Position numbers and translations under genes: made by a program
NCBI GenBank assembly: GCA_951406725.2
Contig: OX597815.1
Location: forward strand, 182,776,001-182,840,000
DNA: 64,000 nucleotides
DNA from: Octopus vulgaris
Lineage: Eukaryota
Direction of reading: 5' to 3'
Notes under the pieces: model-generated
What the model saw: only the letters and a program-made list of their open reading frames with translations
Told to the model about the DNA's origin: nothing
Databases searched by the model: none
In this document: piece after piece, positions 35,961 to 50,317 of the stretch
Layout: each line of letters starts with the position of its first letter
How positions within the stretch are numbered: position 1 is the stretch's first letter

Positions 35961-37611
35961 ATAACTGCAGATATCAGTGAAATAAATACAGGACAACTTT
36001 TATGGCCAAACTCTAGTTTCTTCAACCAAATAAAAGTTGATTTAATCGATTCTGCTATTCACATAAAAAACCTCGGACATTATCCCTAAAACAGAAATCA
36101 AAATATTAATATTAGTTCCATCTTAGATGCTTGTTAGTAATACTGAATTATTGATTAACAAGGTTATATGTTGACATTTTATAGACGTTGATGAAACAAA
36201 AATAACTTCTAAAGTATTTAAAGAAACAAGTGACATTCTATTCCAAGCTGTTTGAATATCGAAAACCTGTTTTCTAAGTATTTCAGGGTCATTAATCAGT
36301 ATTTCAATCAATAGGTACTGACTGAACTCATTCCGAATATAAAATGAATAACAAAATCTTGTCATTGAATATAAAACAATAGTATTCCCAATTTTTCTTT
36401 TCGTATAATTTAGGTTTATATTGGGAAACTATAATATTTAACCATATATCAAATGCATTATTTTGCTATGTGCTCCTTTGATTGAAATTGAACGAAATGG
36501 TATTCCATAATTTTAAACATATAAAAGAAAAAAAATTTAAGTCAAAGGAAACGTTACACAAGAACCAAAATCTGCCAAGAAAAGAAACCAATAAAATCTC
36601 TGTTTTTGTGGCCTACAGCATGCGCTGTAACAAATAACAAGTAAACTCATTTCTATGAAGTTCAAAATCTTCATCCGACGATAATGTGTTGATAATTAGA
36701 TTTTTTTTGACATCCAGTTTCTTAGAGCAGGGATACGAATATTAAACAGAATTTTAGGACTACATCACTCAAACAGAAAAAAATCGCCAGTTTTATTAAT
36801 CCCCAAAGTCTTGCATCAATATTGAATAATTATTTGCAGGAAAAGTAAACGAAATAAAACTCTTGCCCTTGTATCCAAACCTTATTTTCCTCTAAGCACT
36901 TTAATAGCACTGGATTGTACGATACTTCATTGAGCAGATAAACAATTTCTGGGAATTTTCTCCGGTTAGTGAGTATCAAAGCATGAAATGCAGTAGCATT
37001 CTGGATTTGCTTCATTAAACGCATTTCCGGGATAGCAGGGCCCAATATATTGTGGCAGGCTTCGGTGAGATATTGACATTTTATTACGTTTGATTTTTGT
37101 AAATAAATTCCTTGGATATTTATTAACAAAGGCATTGTGGTTTATCAATCTTAAAGATCTTCAAAGATTGATAAAAGGAAGCATTTGTTTATACAATATT
37201 CTAAGTGAGATTTTCTTATAATTAGATATGTAATATCTTCACTGCTCGCTATCTTATCAAATATCTCGGTATATGTACACAGAGTATCATGTTGTAAAGG
37301 CATTAACATCGCAATTCCTTCTAGGTTTTTCAATTCATTCCCTTTTTTTTTTTTTGTTTTATCCACACCCTTTCATTCAAGCCCTCATTCTTTTACATTT
37401 ATGTTCGATATCATTTCTTGTTTCGTTTCTCTTTCCATTAGAAAAATGTTATATAAAGAAATATGTGAGCGCGCGCTTGAGAGAGAGAGAGAGGGAGAGA
37501 ATGAGGAAGAGAGAAATACAGGAAATTTATTACTATTCAGCCTCATGTAACATATTTAAAAGTTTATTGTGAAATATGTATTAAAGAGCATACATACATA
37601 CATATAAGTGT

Positions 37612-37908
37612 GGAGGCGCAATGGCCCAGTGGATAGGGCAGCGGACTCGCGGTCGTAGGATCGTGGTTTCGATTCCAAGACCGGGCGTTGTGTGTGTTTA
37701 TGGAGTGAAAACACCTAAAGCTCCAGGGGTAGTGGCGATCCCTGCTGTACTCTTTCGCCACAACTTTCTCTCACTCTTTCTTCTGTTGACCTGCTCGCTT
37801 AGCTAGCGGGGTGGGGTCATTTGAAAGCTAAAACAATGCGAAGCGCATTGTGACCAGCGATGTATAGCAACATCTGATAGCCTGGTCGGTCACATGATTA
37901 CGTGATCA
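37612..37908 (+). mobile_element. SINE with family-A head/core and an alternative tail (type 2)
   Basis: Head nearly identical to 329-420. Diverges after CACAACTTTCTCTCACTCTT into an unrelated tail ending GGTCACATGATTACGTGATCAC. Confidence 0.85.
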
Positions 37909-38012
37909 CATACTTATCTACACTATTAGTTTCTTGACACAAAATTTTAATCCTTTAGATTACGATTATATGTTATATCATCTGTCTTCCGATTATAAAC
38001 AATAATTCGTGA

Positions 38013-38352
38013 TCAGTCCCACTGTGTGGTATCTTGAACACGTATCTTTTACTACAGCCTTGAGCTGATCAAACCCTTGTGAGTGGATTTCTTAGACTGA
38101 AACTGTAAGAATCCCGTCGTATATATATATATATATGTATATATATATACACATATATGTGTGTGTCTGTGTGTCTGTGTTTGTCCCCCACCACCATCGC
38201 TTGACAACCGATGTTGGTGTGTTTACGCCCCCGTAACTTAGCGGTTCGGCAAAAGACACCGATAGGATAAGTACTAGGCTTACAAAGAATAAGTCGATTT
38301 TTTCGACTACAGGCGGTGTTCCAGCATGGCCGCAGTCAACTGACTGAAACAA
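38013..38352 (+). mobile_element. SINE family C, 5'-truncated
   Basis: Collinear with 45286-45612. Confidence 0.88.
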
Positions 38353-38555
38353 AGCTTAAGGCAGAATTTTTCGAAATACGGTGAATTCAAATATCTGATA
38401 CATGCTTCTGCCAATGAATGTACTTCGTAGTGTAAGCATTAAGACTGTTTATGCCATCTTTGTCATATTCTTCAGATTACGATGTAATATAAAAGACCCA
38501 ATAAAAAAGACTGGAAGCATTCTATAAAGCCATTTGCAAATGGACTCACTTGTCC

Positions 38556-38920
38556 TGGCACTCTGCCAGTTACGACGACGAGGGTTCCAGTTCATCTGAT
38601 CAACGGAACAGTCAGCTCGTGAAATTAACGTGCAAGTGGCTGAGCACTCAGCAGGCACGAGTACCTTTAACGTAGTTCTCGAGGAGATTCAGCGTGACAC
38701 AGAGTGTGACAAGGCTGGCCCTTTGAAATATAGGTACAGCAGAAACAGGAAGAAACAGTGAGAGAAAGTTGTGGTAAAAGAGTACATTAAGGTTCCCTAC
38801 TATCCCCTGCCGGAGCTTCGTAGAACTTTAGGTGTTTTCGCTCAATAAACACTCCCAACGCCCAGGCTGGGAATCGAAACCGCGAGTCCGCTGCCCTAAC
38901 CACTTGGCTATTGCGCCTCC
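38556..38920 (-). mobile_element. SINE family A (tail type 1)
   Basis: Reverse complement of 329-708 with small deletions. Confidence 0.9.
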
Positions 38921-40993
38921 ACGGAATCACTATTCCTGAGACTTCATTAAAACGAACTTGATAAAATATCAAACCATAAATAGAAGAGAGCAGGTTATGC
39001 ATGAGAAAAAGAAAGTGAATGATATTTAAATTTTTCTGTAGTGTTTACAAGCTAAATCTAGTAAAGTTTGCTCCGAATTTATTGATATATGTACAAATTA
39101 AAATAGAAAGAATTTGCATAACAAAGTTACACATTTTATTTTAACATTAAATATAACTGATATTCTTAAAACATTGCTACCATGGTTTCAGATATTATTA
39201 TAAAATTTATTGAAATTTGTTTTCACGAAATAATACATTTTTAACAAACAAAAATTACTTTGGAATCGTCGCATTCAACAATAGCTTAATTCGCATCTAC
39301 TGAAAAGCTTTTGATAAAACTCTCCAAACACATTTACACACGGTTTAAACACACAGAATTTAGGTATTTGATATTTACGTTTAACATATGCAGAATTTGT
39401 TATACTCGTATAAATACAAGAATGCAAAATGCTTTCTATAGACCGCTAAATAATACAATATCAAACTTCATATTATTCAAACAGTTAACAATTATTTACA
39501 AAACTTCTCACATCGACTTTCCTTACGTATCATTTATATTTTCCCGGGAAAATTCATATTCTCACTTACTCCGTAACACGAAGTATTATCATATTGACCA
39601 TTTCAATAATGAGATTTTTGAATATCTGTTCTCTAAGGGCCACAGCCTCTAAAACTGTTGGCCAGTGCCTTTTATAGACTGTATGACAATGGTATAAATT
39701 GTTTGGATTATATTTGATTTAGTAATAGGAACAATCGGACGGATATCTCAAAATTCCTGATTTAGATTTTTTTTCAAATATGTAACTTACTATCTTATCA
39801 TCAGAAATAATATACAAGAATACAACGCTTATGAAAAGCTAACCTGAGTTTATAATGAAAATATCGTTAGACAAAGAACAGAATTTGCTCGGAGTTAAAA
39901 CGGAATATTTGACAGATGTTGCATTGCAATTCTTGACAATGAGACAATTTTTATTTAAGTGTTTCATTCACCGCTGAATTTTAGTAAATGTATTATAGTT
40001 ACATACGCGACAAGCGACAGATGTTCAAAAAAATAAAGAAATATCCCTTCAACATTTTGCTTGGCAAATGATTGATTAGTACTCACACACATACACATAT
40101 GCATATATTTATATTTATATATATGTATGTATCTATTTACATATACAAGTAACATGAGTATATATGTATGCTATCACTGTATTTCCAATAGCTAGCTTTT
40201 CAAATTGCTGATTATTTTCTCATTCAATGTATAAATGAATGTTCAGCTTCTCTGGCTTCCGAACATTACATTATTTGCATTTATACGCTGCATAAATGCT
40301 GCACAAGGTTCATACATGTCCTGTTTTCTCATTTAAAATTTATTTCTGCATTTAATTTATTTCATTGAAATTTAAGAGTTGCATAGTAAGTTCTGACTGA
40401 ACAATAATTAGAGGGTTTTTTTAAACGACAACGTTGGTTTATAAAACTGCACACAATGCGTTTTGTATAAAAATAATGATGCTAACATTGGCTTAGTTAT
40501 ATTTTAACAAGCCAAAGGACAAATAAATAGATTTCTTCACAATCCATATCCATGTTTTCGAAATTTATTTCTTCTCAATATTTGTATCAACGGAGATTAA
40601 CATGAAAATATAAGAGCCTAAAATTTCATGAAAAAATATCATTCCCTTCCTATGTATGGTTCTTTCAATATGTGACAGATGCTTCGTTCTTGTTGCTGAA
40701 AACGACGCAACTTATATTTAAGTGTCATGTTCGTTCTAGAAATTGTATAAAAAATTATTGAAGTTAAATGCTTTGCATTACACGCAACAGATGTTCGAAC
40801 ACTGGGAATCTTATTTAGAACATTCTAATTTACTTGGTATGTGGTTGATTGTAGCTGCCTCCGTTTGCGTGTCTGCATTTGTGTGTCTTATGAGGGCATA
40901 TTTTAGAGGCTGGTACATACATGTTGCGTAGGTGAAAAACGTTCGATTATATTGACTTTTCTATGGAGAAGGAAATAAAAGCTTATATACATT

Positions 40994-41025
<32 letters not shown>

Positions 41026-41084
41026 TTATCTATATATCGCTATATATATTTATATATATGTATATATACATATATTTATTTATC

Positions 41085-41160
<76 letters not shown>

Positions 41161-41278
41161 CATAATAAATTTTTGTTATCATCTCTCTTTTTATATATCT
41201 ATCTATCTATCTATCTCTTTCTCTCTCTTTCTCTCTCTCTCGCTATATATATATTAAAACAATAAAAAGTTAAACTTG

Positions 41279-41316
<38 letters not shown>

Positions 41317-41441
41317 AGCACGTTTTTTATTAAACCTGCAAAAACATCACAAAACACTGCCATTACAGCTTAAATAAAAAAGAACATTACTCTACCTTCG
41401 GTATTCGAGTACTGTTTCTTTTCACCTTACTCGTGTAAATA

Positions 41442-41472
<31 letters not shown>

Positions 41473-41477
41473 ATATA

Positions 41478-41708
41478 GGCGTAGTAAGTACTGTGTGGTG
41501 AGTAGCTTGCTTACGAACCACATATGGTTCCAGGTTCAGTCCCACTACGTGGCACCTTGAGCAAGTGTCTTCTAATATAGCATCGGGCCGACCAAAGCTT
41601 TGTGAGTGGATTTGGCAGACGGAAACTAAAAGAAGCCCGTCGTATATGCATGTGTGTGTATATGTTTGTGTGTCTGTGTTTGTCCCCCACCCCGAACATC
41701 GCTTGACT
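41478..41708 (+). mobile_element. SINE family C, 3'-truncated
   Basis: Collinear with 35587-35810. Confidence 0.88.
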
Positions 41709-42639
41709 CTGTATAGCATGTGAGACTTCAGTGTATATGTCTCTTGTATATGGTTATAATCATTAGTATGATAATGCTAGTAGTGGTGATGATGGTGATG
41801 GTGGTAGCGTCGTTGCTGTTGGTGTGGGGTCAGTGGTAGGGGGTAGAGGTAGTGGCAGTGGGAGGGTAGTGGGAGAGTAGCGGTAGTGTGGTTTGTGCAA
41901 GTATGTATGGGGGGTAGTAGTAGTAGGAGGAGGAGGAGGAAGAGGAGGTGGAGGAGTTTTCGTTGTCATGGTTGTCAGTGTTGTCGTGTACTTGACTGAG
42001 CCAGGGAAATTTAAACAGTAATTTAGGATTGCGATTTGTTTATGTTATCAGGAAACATGGCAAATAAGAAGGTATTAAAAAGATTATGCGATTCAAAATG
42101 AAGATAGGACAGTCAACAAATGATACCTGAGATCGGAATAAAATAAATATTTATTCAGACGGTTTATTTTCCTTCTCAATCTCTGACTCTGACTAATTAT
42201 TTTTTGAAAGATGTGATATGTGATGCATGTTTAATGTTTATATTAGATGTATCCCTCTGTGTTTGGTGTCTGGGCTGAATGCAGGTTCAAAGTAATTAAA
42301 AAAGAATATACTTTACGTTGATATTTACTTAGATATTTCGATACCGAAATTGAAGTTGGTTTGATATTTGGGGAGAAAATATAAAAACATAAATACATTT
42401 TATTAGCCCCAGTGACACAGAAAGATTAAGATAATCTCATGTTGTGAAAGAGAGAATGGATGTTTTCTGATACACTGAAAACAAATTACCGCTCCTAATC
42501 TTTGCGTTTTGTTAATTGATGTTTTCATTTTCTTCAATTACTTCCTCGGGTATCAATTTTAGGTAGCAAGAAAAAACATGGAGACTTGAACAGCAGAAGA
42601 TCTTTAGAGAATTCTCCTGCTTCTGCAAGTGTCTCGGCT

Positions 42640-43200
42640 CTTAACTTCTTACACCCTAGTGGGACGGGACCACTTGTAGGTCATGACTCCCGGATCACCT
42701 TATGTTGCAACAGTCATTGCTACTCACCTGGATGGTCAAGGTACACCCGGGTCAGTCACAAGGGTGTAGTAACAAATTCAGTTTGAAACGCCAGTTGACT
42801 CTAGGATAAATTATGCTTTTTAAAATTCACTTCTGTTCTTGACCAGAGTGAATTGGAACTTTTTTCAGTTGCTTCTGCCATTGCCTTAAGAGCTATCGTC
42901 CTCTTTCTCTCAGTAATTCAAAGCCTTTCATGAAACCAAATGTAAATATAACCGTAAAACCTCTGGCACCGACCTATATGGTGAGGACTTTGGTTTTGAA
43001 TTCAGATTCTCTAAGTTTCATGGCTAAACCGTCATATGTTTCAGTCTTGTAGACACGGGATTCATCCAGTCTTCTTTAATATGTCACAGAATTGCAATCA
43101 AAGTCAGTTCTTTTTATGAAAGTGAATACAATATCCGGTCTTAAGTCACTCTTATTGATGATGTCTAGTGATTAAATGCGTGTGCTGTACGTGAGCTCAA
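42640..43200 (-). pseudogene. 3' relic of a restriction-like-endonuclease non-LTR element (HERO/R2-group)
   Basis: Single frame LRPDIVF...VTY*RRLDESRVYKTETYDGLAMKLRESEFKTKVLTI*VGARGF, then KAMAEATEKSSNSLWSR. This fits the RLE pattern LRPDIV..E(L)TVPWE...K..KY...EVG.RGF...E.AE..S.WLW. Confidence 0.75.
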
Positions 43201-43229
43201 ACTCTTCAACGAATCAACATTGTGTGCAT

Positions 43230-43368
43230 ATTATTTACATTATTTACATTATTTATATTTGAGAGACATTTGTCCTCATCTTGTTTGTTGGTAAGAATAG
43301 GTTTCGACTGATATACCCTCCAGCCTTCATCAGGTATCTTGGGGGAAATTTCGAACCTGGGTTGACAA
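43230..43368 (-). mobile_element. Penelope-like terminal fragment with a decayed hammerhead
   Basis: Minus strand CTGATGA A GGCTG-GAGGGTATAT-CAGTC GAAAC (43333-43301). Stems I and III are broken. Abuts (TA)n. Confidence 0.6.
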
Positions 43369-43374
43369 AAAACA

Positions 43375-43706
<332 letters not shown>

Positions 43707-43965
43707 CAACGCGCAAGACAGCCATTATGCTCCCCCACAAAACACCACCACGTGGACTCTGTTGAGACTAGTAAGAAACAATTATGAACTTTTTTATTAC
43801 TTAACTTTTAAAAATATTTTTGATAAGGTTCGCTTTTTCAAGAAGAACCAAAACATGTAAAATCTCTCAGAAAATTAAAATTTATCTTATATAGTGGGAT
43901 TTTCAAACTTCTTTTTTATAAATATATGTATGTGTGTGTGTGTGTATGAAATTTGTGTGTCTGTG

Positions 43966-44144
43966 TGTTATGTCGCACATTCGGATGCCTTTACTACTCA
44001 ACTCTACTCACCGCTATTACTCAACTGTTCTCTGTTCTCCGACTACTACTCAACTGTGTTCCTCTTACACGACGTCTAGATTTTTCCCTCTACATCTACG
44101 TATTGGGCTAGTCTACTTTATCGTCTGGGGGCTTCCACACAACA
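43966..44144. mobile_element. Candidate solo LTR (179 bp)
   Basis: Termini TGTTATG...CACAACA (inverted TGTTRTG), flanked by CTGTG/CTGAG (5-bp TSD with one mismatch). Internal TACTCAACT repeats. Confidence 0.5.
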
Positions 44145-45228
44145 CTGAGTGTACATGTGTGCATATATATGGATAAGGGCGTGCTGGTAAACAAAATTAA
44201 TTCGTGATATCTAAAGATTTGATTCTTGCCAATGGATGTGTCCTGTGACAAATGTACACATCCAACGTAAATTAACAGAAATACTCATTTAAAATGGATC
44301 AGGCTCCTTTTATTATCTGTTGAGTAGTTAATGCCATTCATGGGCAGTTGAATGAGGTTCTGTGTAACAATGCAGCTATTTTTGTTTTTGTTTTCTTTCT
44401 TTTTTTTGATACATGGTTGATCACCTCGTTGACTCACTTATAGCGAACGTGCGCTCCCTTCGTCGTATAACCCCGGTGGATCAATAATCATCAACTACTT
44501 AAATATAGAATGGAAATTAGTTATAATCCTTAGTTTATAGCTAGAATGGATTAGTTTCAATGATGTGGCGTTTCTCAATGGAACAGAAGTCACGCTCGCA
44601 TGTGCGTCTATGCGCGTGTGTAAATGAATTTAATGCTAAACAAGCACCAAAGAGCAGATGAAAATATTTTTTAATTTAAAATGTCCTTTTTGAAAAAGAT
44701 AATTGCTGCAATTTTTTTTTTCATTTTAAAACGTTATTTATATAGTTTAATCCCCTCTGAAAATTACACATTGCTCCGATCAATAGAAACCCCAGTTAAT
44801 AAATACCTGGTAACTAAGACTTTTTTTTCTTGAAATTTAATTCTTTTCTGAAATATAATTCTCTTTTCATCCAACATGCATGACGTCCAAGTGTTCTGAA
44901 GAATCGTGGAAAACTGACGCATTTGGCCAGGTGATATGAATAGATATTCCGTTACCTCAAAATAATGACACAAAATGTGAAAGACAAGATGGCGATCTGA
45001 AAGGATTAGGAAAGATTAAAAATACATCGACATTCTTTCCTTTTGTATTGTACTCGCCGGCTAAAAGTTTTTCCATTCCATACTAAACACAATATGAGTT
45101 TCATCTTGGGGCGAATTTCAAAGAGCGTACTTTAGGTTGGCATGATTCTATCAGTGGAGGCATAGAGAGGAGTGTAATTGTCACCAGATGGCGTGATGCA
45201 GCAGACAGGAAATAGATATCGAGGTATG

Positions 45229-45635
45229 GGCGCATGAGTGGCTGTGTGGTAAGTAGCTTTCTCACCAACCACATAGTTCCGGGTTCAGTCCCACTGCATG
45301 GCACCTTGGGCAAGTGTCTTCTACTATAGCCTTGGGCCGACCAAAACCTTGTGAGTGGATTTGGTAGATGGAAACTGAAAGAAGCCCGTCGTATATATGT
45401 ATATGTATATATATTTGTGTGTTTGTGTGTCTGTGTTTGTCCCCCCAACATCGCTTGACAACCGATGCTGGTGTGTTTACGTCCCCGTAACTTAGCGGTT
45501 CGACAAAACAGACCGATAGAATAAGTACTAGACTTAAAAGAATAAGTCATGGGGTCGATTTGCTCGACTAAAGGCGGTGCTCCAGCATGGCCGCAGTCAA
45601 CTGACTGAAACAAGTAAAAGAGTAAAGAGTAAAAG
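45229..45635 (+). mobile_element. SINE family C, full length
   Basis: Complete head, body and (GAGTAAA)n-like tail. Confidence 0.92.
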
Positions 45636-45754
45636 TGTATGATTTTAAACAAGACAACATAGAACGTGAAAAGGAACTAAAGATTGCTAGTTAAGTACAT
45701 GAATCCGCGCGCGCGTGTGTGTGTGTGTGTGTGTGTGTTCGTGTGTGTATTGGT

Positions 45755-46150
45755 GGAGATGTGTGCCTAGAATTTTACTTAATAACCGCATGGTTTTGGT
45801 TTCAGTCCCACTGTGTACCACCTCGGAAAATGTCTTCTACTATTAGCTGGAGCCGACCGAAGTCTTCTGAGTGGACTTGGTAGCCGGAAACACGAAGAAA
45901 TGCTCCTGTGCATGCGCGCACGTGCTCGTGTGTCTCTGTGTTTCTTTGTTTTTGTGTTTGTTCTCACATACCACTTGATAACCATTGTTGGGTTGTTTGC
46001 GTCCTCGTAACTAAGCAGTTCAGCAAATTAACCCGATTGAAACAGTGTCCGACTGTTTAAATAAAAAATGCTAAAGTGCCGTAGTTGATTTGCTCGACTA
46101 AACCCCTACATTACGGTAGTTTAATTACTGAAGCAAGTAAACGATAAAAG
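45755..46150 (+). mobile_element. SINE family C, old diverged copy
   Basis: Collinear with 45229-45635 (TTCAGTCCCACTG, GTCTTCTACTAT, GATTTGCTCGACTAAA). Confidence 0.8.
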
Positions 46151-46220
46151 ATACGTGTACATATAAAGATATATGCATACACACAATACGCTCGGGCGCG
46201 CGGGCGAGCTCACGTGCCCA

Positions 46221-46252
<32 letters not shown>

Positions 46253-46280
46253 TACATACATACATACATACATACATACA

Positions 46281-46345
<65 letters not shown>

Positions 46346-46538
46346 ATATACAGAGATAATCTCTACATTTATTTACCCGATGAGACACACACACGCGAAC
46401 ATACCTACAGACAGACATGCAAGCGTACATACATACTTACACACACATACACACGCACACACACACGCACACGCACACATATATATATATACACACACAC
46501 GCTCACATATATAGATAGATATTATATATATATATATA

Positions 46539-46617
<79 letters not shown>

Positions 46618-48774
46618 GTATATATTTTTGTGCGTTTGTGTGTGTGCATGCGTGCGTGTATGTATGGCAGTAGAAATTATTCAAGACATGCCACATGGGT
46701 AACTACTCTGGGAAACCATTAAATTATTTCATTTGCGAATCAGCTTATTATATTCCCTCAATGGATTTCTTGTTAGTTAAGCAAGAATTGGATATAGCAA
46801 GAGTTCTTTTTCGTTTTCATCACATTTTCTTCACTCGAAACGATCGTTAATTCCAATGAAGAAAGCTTGCAACTGAATGACAGATCTTGTTACAAGAATT
46901 AACACCTTTTACCATCCCAGATCGATCAATATTATCGTTTCTATAGGGGCCTCCATTCTCAACCACGTGGCACGATTAGTGTTAGATTTCTATCCATTTT
47001 AGTTGGCAACTACGAAAGTGGTAAATGTTCCCTTCCAACTCCGTTGTATTTTAAATATATTGATATTACACTATCTCTTCCCTTCGCATTTCAGTTTCTT
47101 TCTTTATTTATTTCTAAATGAGATAATGTTTCAGTCATTTCATTGAGGAGGAAAAGAGAGGAAGACAGAGCGGAAGAAATATTTTGGAGCATGGAGAACG
47201 AAATGAGGAGAAAATAATAAAGAGCAAAAGAGTAATCAATATGACATATTTTAGGAAGTAATGGAATGTTTTGTATGGGGAACATCTAATGTAAATTAGA
47301 AGAAGACTAGGAAAAAACAATAAGCAGAGAAAACAAAAAAATGAACAAAAAGATTGTAGAGATAGCAATTGTTTGATTATTGGGTTTAATAAATGCTTGT
47401 ACTTTGTGTGACAATAGCTAATAGACGAAGTTAAATTACAACTAAATATCTCACTTCTGACTGAGTGTTTCTATTGAAAGCGAAATGAATTGGATAGCTA
47501 TATTTCTCCATTTTGAATTCTTTCTAATTAGGAAATGTCTGGAAAATTATTACCTTTAATTTAAGTATTTCAAGATATGGAGAACTCATAAATAGTGCAT
47601 TCATATTGCCGGCTATTTTATCATTTGTTGCAAATATTTTGAAATTAAAAAGAAAATAAAACGTCTGTAATTTAATTACAAGTCGCTATAAATATCGATT
47701 TTTACACAGGTAAAGTATTTCTTCAAAATAATGATAAAATTGAAGTGAAAAGTCTGTAAACAGACAACTGTTCAAAAAATAAATTTGCAGAGAGTTTACA
47801 TGTACCATAGGCACCTCAAAAAAAAGGAAACGGATATATTGTTGCTATTGTTCTTACACACAAAAGGATAGAAAATTAAATTGGGATTAAATTGGGTATA
47901 GAGACCTTTCCCATACTTATAATAGTGGTGCACGAGTAGATATATCGTTACAGCATAGATTGGTAACACGTGCTGTCATGGTTCTCTTGTTCAATGGAAA
48001 AGGATACGAAAATATCAATATATTCATTATAGCTTCATACGAACATCAGATCTCAATTCACTAATCTGTTATTCCATTTCAACTGAACAGCATGCGAAAT
48101 ATATTACGTTCCTTTATTCATATATATGTTTTCGAATTCTAACATTAAAAATATTTGCTAGTTCACACGCAACCATACACATACAACTCACTTGTTCAGT
48201 GGAACAGAGACACACTGCATAAATTTAGGGAACCCTTCCGAATCTAACTTGAAAATATTGCAAGCAGTTGTAACCAAAATTGTTTGTTTTTTTGTTTGTT
48301 TTCTGTTGTTTTAGTGGCTTAGACAGTAAGGATTTTCAAAGCTCCGGAGATCGGTAAAATAACTTGCGGAAGCTACCTTCATGCCAGAGATTTGGCCCGA
48401 ATCCTTACAACAAAGTAAACTCTGAGAAAGTCACTTAAGTATCTGGCAGCAATTTTAAAGTGATCGAAGAGTTTAGCCTAATTTGCACTCTCCTTGTACA
48501 ATTCCATAATTTCGTGAGAATAAAATTACCGATGAATTTATGTGCACAGCAAATTGTAACTTAGATTTGATTGCAACACTATATCGGAAAAATACTGTTT
48601 CCATATTTTAAGAAGGTTAAAAGAATTAATACTAAATTGTAATATTTTAAATTCCTATAATTGAAATTCTATTCCCATGAATATCATATTACAACGCAGT
48701 TGATGTTATTTCACTTTTGCCGACAGAAGTAAATGTTTTCTTATTGCATTTCGAATTGTTTCAAACTGCCCGGC

Positions 48775-48885
48775 TCGATCCTTTCAGGGGTCAATAAATA
48801 AGTACCAATCAAACACTGGGGTCGATGTAATCGACTTAATCCATCCCTTGAAATTGCTGGCCTTGTGCTAGATTTTCAAACCAAT
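48775..48885 (+). mobile_element. SINE family D 3' fragment
   Basis: ATCCTTTCAGGGGTCAATAAATAAGTACCA...CTGGGGTCGATGTAATCGACT. Confidence 0.75.
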
Positions 48886-49894
48886 ATTATATTCTTTCAT
48901 AAATAGAAGTAAATATCTGAAATAGTAGTAAAAAGCATTGATTTTCGCTTTTACCCCTTCGTAGTAAACACTTTGAATGTCAGCTTTCATTGGAAGTCTA
49001 TCATCTGTTCATTGGCTTAAAAATAAAAGATCAAGATGGTCACATCTACAATTCAGGATATTTAAACGAAAATGATAAATATATTCAAGGTTTAAAATTA
49101 AATCACAAAAAAATCATACGTAAACATATCTTTTAAGAATATTGGTATTCGTTTCTAATTCTGTGACATAAATTCATTTCAAATATTCTGTGACATAAAT
49201 CATAATTATTACTGTTGCGCGGAGAATTTAGTTTAAAAACTGGAACAAAATTACGATCATCAAACTGACAGAAATAAATTATAATATCTAATTAGAAATG
49301 CATATTACTTTATAATTATGACGTATAAGATATTGTAAGTTATGATCATCAATACTTTCGTGAGTGTCTTATTACTATTAAGAAGCAAATCAATATCTAA
49401 TTGAAACAAATGTGCGAAAATGGCTTCCCTATTGGCTAATTAATGTAATATACACTACGTATCATAATTAATTACACGTTATGATAATAAAAATTGTTCC
49501 AAATTTCGTGACATCGATTTCAACTACAACTACGACATTTCAATTGCAAGTATTTGCAATATATTCCCAAGTTTCTCCTTCGTATAATCATATTATGTAT
49601 GATTGTATATATATATATATATATAAAGCTGGAAAATTGTCTGCATAAATATATATATAAATCTATATACATATATATATATATGGGTACCAGATTCTCT
49701 CTCTCTCTCCCTTTCTCCTGCTCTCTAACTCTTTCTCTCTTTTTCACTCTCTTTCTCTCTCGTCGTTTTTCGAACTTGTCAATAATAATGAAGAAATAAA
49801 AGATTTTTTTTCCAAAATTCTGACGACTTGTTTTCTCAATATTAAATTTCTGTACACCACACATAACGCACGCACACACACACACCCACACACG

Positions 49895-49925
<31 letters not shown>

Positions 49926-50242
49926 TCTACATATATATATTAATATATATGTATATGTATATCTATCTATAGTAAATCCCCTCCAAAAGAAAACGAAGAA
50001 AAACCACAAAAAACAACAACGCGTGTGTGCGCGTGTCTGTGTATAAAAATAAAAATACACGCCTATGGTTAGTACTATTTCTTCCATGTTTTTCATAACG
50101 ATACCTAATGATCTTTCGGGGTTGATTTTACTGGCTTGGGGCTCCTTGACATCCAGAACCCTTTCCTGTATAACTGAATAGATCAGTGAATTTATTTCAC
50201 TTGAAATTTTATATGTTTTCAAAAGTGAAGAAGCATCGACAG

Positions 50243-50317
50243 CTAGCAAGCCAAGCTCCTCCAGACTGATGATGAGCAAAGACTCTGAAATTAGTCTCTG
50301 GATGCTGGCTTTGCTGG
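50243..50317 (+). ncRNA. Type I hammerhead ribozyme with an extended stem I
   Basis: TCCAGA CTGATGA T GAG-CAAAGA-CTC T GAAA TTA GTC TCTGGA; cleavage triplet GTC (50294-50296). Stem I extends through CTAGCAA-GCC-AGC pairing with GCT-GGC-TTGCTGG. Confidence 0.75.

Noticed and set aside
44175-44490. Possible mariner N-terminal relic (AIHGQLNEV)
   Set aside because: One short weak motif with no matching TIR pair.
49842-50279. 145-aa minus-strand ORF
   Set aside because: Runs into microsatellite and has no recognisable domain; the informative structure here is the + strand hammerhead.
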